Under the pieces are notes generated by a model. It was not told the origin of the DNA. It was given only the letters and a program-made list of their open reading frames with translations, and ran no database searches. From a virus (Duplodnaviria; Caudoviricetes): a stretch of 64,000 nt of DNA. Shown one piece after another: positions 63,247-64,000 of this stretch (position 1 is its first letter; the number at the start of each line of letters is the position of its first letter). The stretch lies in the IMG/VR virus record IMGVR_UViG_3300037467_000821, positions 3,162 to 67,161 of that record; one strand, written 5' to 3'. The translations under genes and the position numbers were made by a program.

Positions 63247-63549
63247 ATGAGTGACCGCAGTGAGGTCCAGGTGCCCAACAGCGAGGGCGAATACCCGATC
63301 GAGCCGAAGGTGGCCGCCGCACGAGTCGCCGCGTTCGTGGTGGCGCTGATCGCCGCGTTCCTGCTGAAGACCGTCCCGGTCATGGCCGGAATCCTGCCGT
63401 TTCTGCAGGACTGGGGTGGCCAGCTCCTCACTGACGTGCTTCTGGCCGCATTCGCCGGGGTCGCTGCCTGGTGGGCGGGATGGAAGGCTCGGCACGTGCA
63501 GCGCCCGCAGGTCGGCGGAGGGCCTGTGATCCCAACTCAGCACGAGTAG
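63247..63549 (+). CDS. second holin-like membrane protein (2 TM)
   Basis: AAGGAG SD; EPKVAAA..two TM..GWKARH. Confidence 0.65.
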   Translation: MSDRSEVQVPNSEGEYPIEPKVAAARVAAFVVALIAAFLLKTVPVMAGILPFLQDWGGQLLTDVLLAAFAGVAAWWAGWKARHVQRPQVGGGPVIPTQHE

Positions 63550-63565
63550 CCCGCCGGTTCGCCGG

Positions 63566-63677
63566 TAGGGTAAACTAGCTATTGCCCGGTCGGCCTGGTT
63601 GAGTTTCGCGGCTCCTCCCAGGCCACGCCCGAACAGCCCCGTCGTAGAGCTTCCTCCGGCTCCGCGACGGGGCTGTT
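63566..63677 (+). ncRNA. putative small RNA with anti-SD loop downstream of TAGGGTAAACT promoter motif
   Basis: 13-bp stem 63632-44/63665-77; apical loop TTCCTCCG. Confidence 0.4.
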
Positions 63678-63848
63678 GCCTATACGAGCGCGATCGCAGG
63701 GAGATCTTCCCTCCCTTCTTCTCCCTCCCTTTCCGTGCGCGTATGCGCACACAAGAACAGTGCAAGCTTCGCTTGCACAGAGCGCGCGTAGCGCGCCCCT
63801 CCGCGTGTGCGCGTAGCGCGGTATAAGCCGCGCCCGCGCCCGAAGAAA

Positions 63849-63887
63849 GGGGGAAAGGGGGAGGGGTAGGGGGTGGGGGTATGGGGG
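63849..63887 (+). other. G-quadruplex-forming sequence (six runs of 4-5 G)
   Basis: GGGGGAAAGGGGGAGGGGTAGGGGGTGGGGGTATGGGGG. Confidence 0.7.
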
Positions 63888-64000
63888 TAAGTAGTTACAT
63901 ACGCAGTACGCGCGTCGCTGCGCGCGAAAAGATACGTTCGCGCGATCCACTTGTTCGCGGAGCGCGCGGTCGCGCGATCCTTTACCGCGCTCGCGTCGCG

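Larger units (their letters stand above)
1..64000 (+). mobile_element. Tailed dsDNA actinobacteriophage genome (siphovirus-like, probably virulent), near-complete
   Basis: Terminase, portal, capsid, tail, tape measure, lysin, DnaE and primase-helicase in phage-typical order, all on + strand; no integrase seen. Confidence 0.97.

Noticed and set aside
1-64000. Prophage / temperate lifestyle
   Set aside because: No integrase, repressor, attP or flanking host genes recognised in the window; sequence outside the window was not seen

Overview
The window is most of the genome of a high-GC, apparently virulent, long-tailed (siphovirus-type) actinobacteriophage. Essentially all genes lie on the + strand; the long minus-strand ORFs are GC-rich shadows. 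Order: small early genes with several lipoproteins (1-8.5 kb) and a ~450-nt structured RNA island holding two atypical tRNA-like elements; SNF2 helicase, Cas4-like exonuclease, AAA ATPase and SSB-like protein (8.5-15.3 kb); a putative nucleotide-modification operon (pyrimidine-dimer-glycosylase-like, FAD oxidoreductase, HAD phosphatase, Nmad1/DUF1599, SAM methyltransferase, SDR) followed by a DnaE polymerase and a divergent ThyX (15.4-26.2 kb); RuvC-like resolvase, primase-helicase and an iteron-like non-coding region (29.9-34.3 kb); terminase, portal, an array of very basic proteins containing an exact 773-bp tandem duplication, a JAB protease, MuF-like, scaffold, capsid and tail genes (35-59 kb); a DUF1906 endolysin/holin cassette, a tail fibre and a structured, G-rich non-coding end (59.6-64 kb). 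No integrase, repressor or lysin B was recognised; a non-mycolate actinomycete host is an inference. Most promising leads: (1) a possibly new DNA base-modification pathway around a ThyX that seems to have lost its folate-binding His; (2) the RNA island with tRNA mimics and a 5-codon minigene; (3) the basic RD-x-x-GR[WF]-motif protein array next to a JAB protease; (4) a +1 tail-chaperone frameshift at UCC_UUU_CGU. All family calls are by-eye motif recognition; no database search was run.
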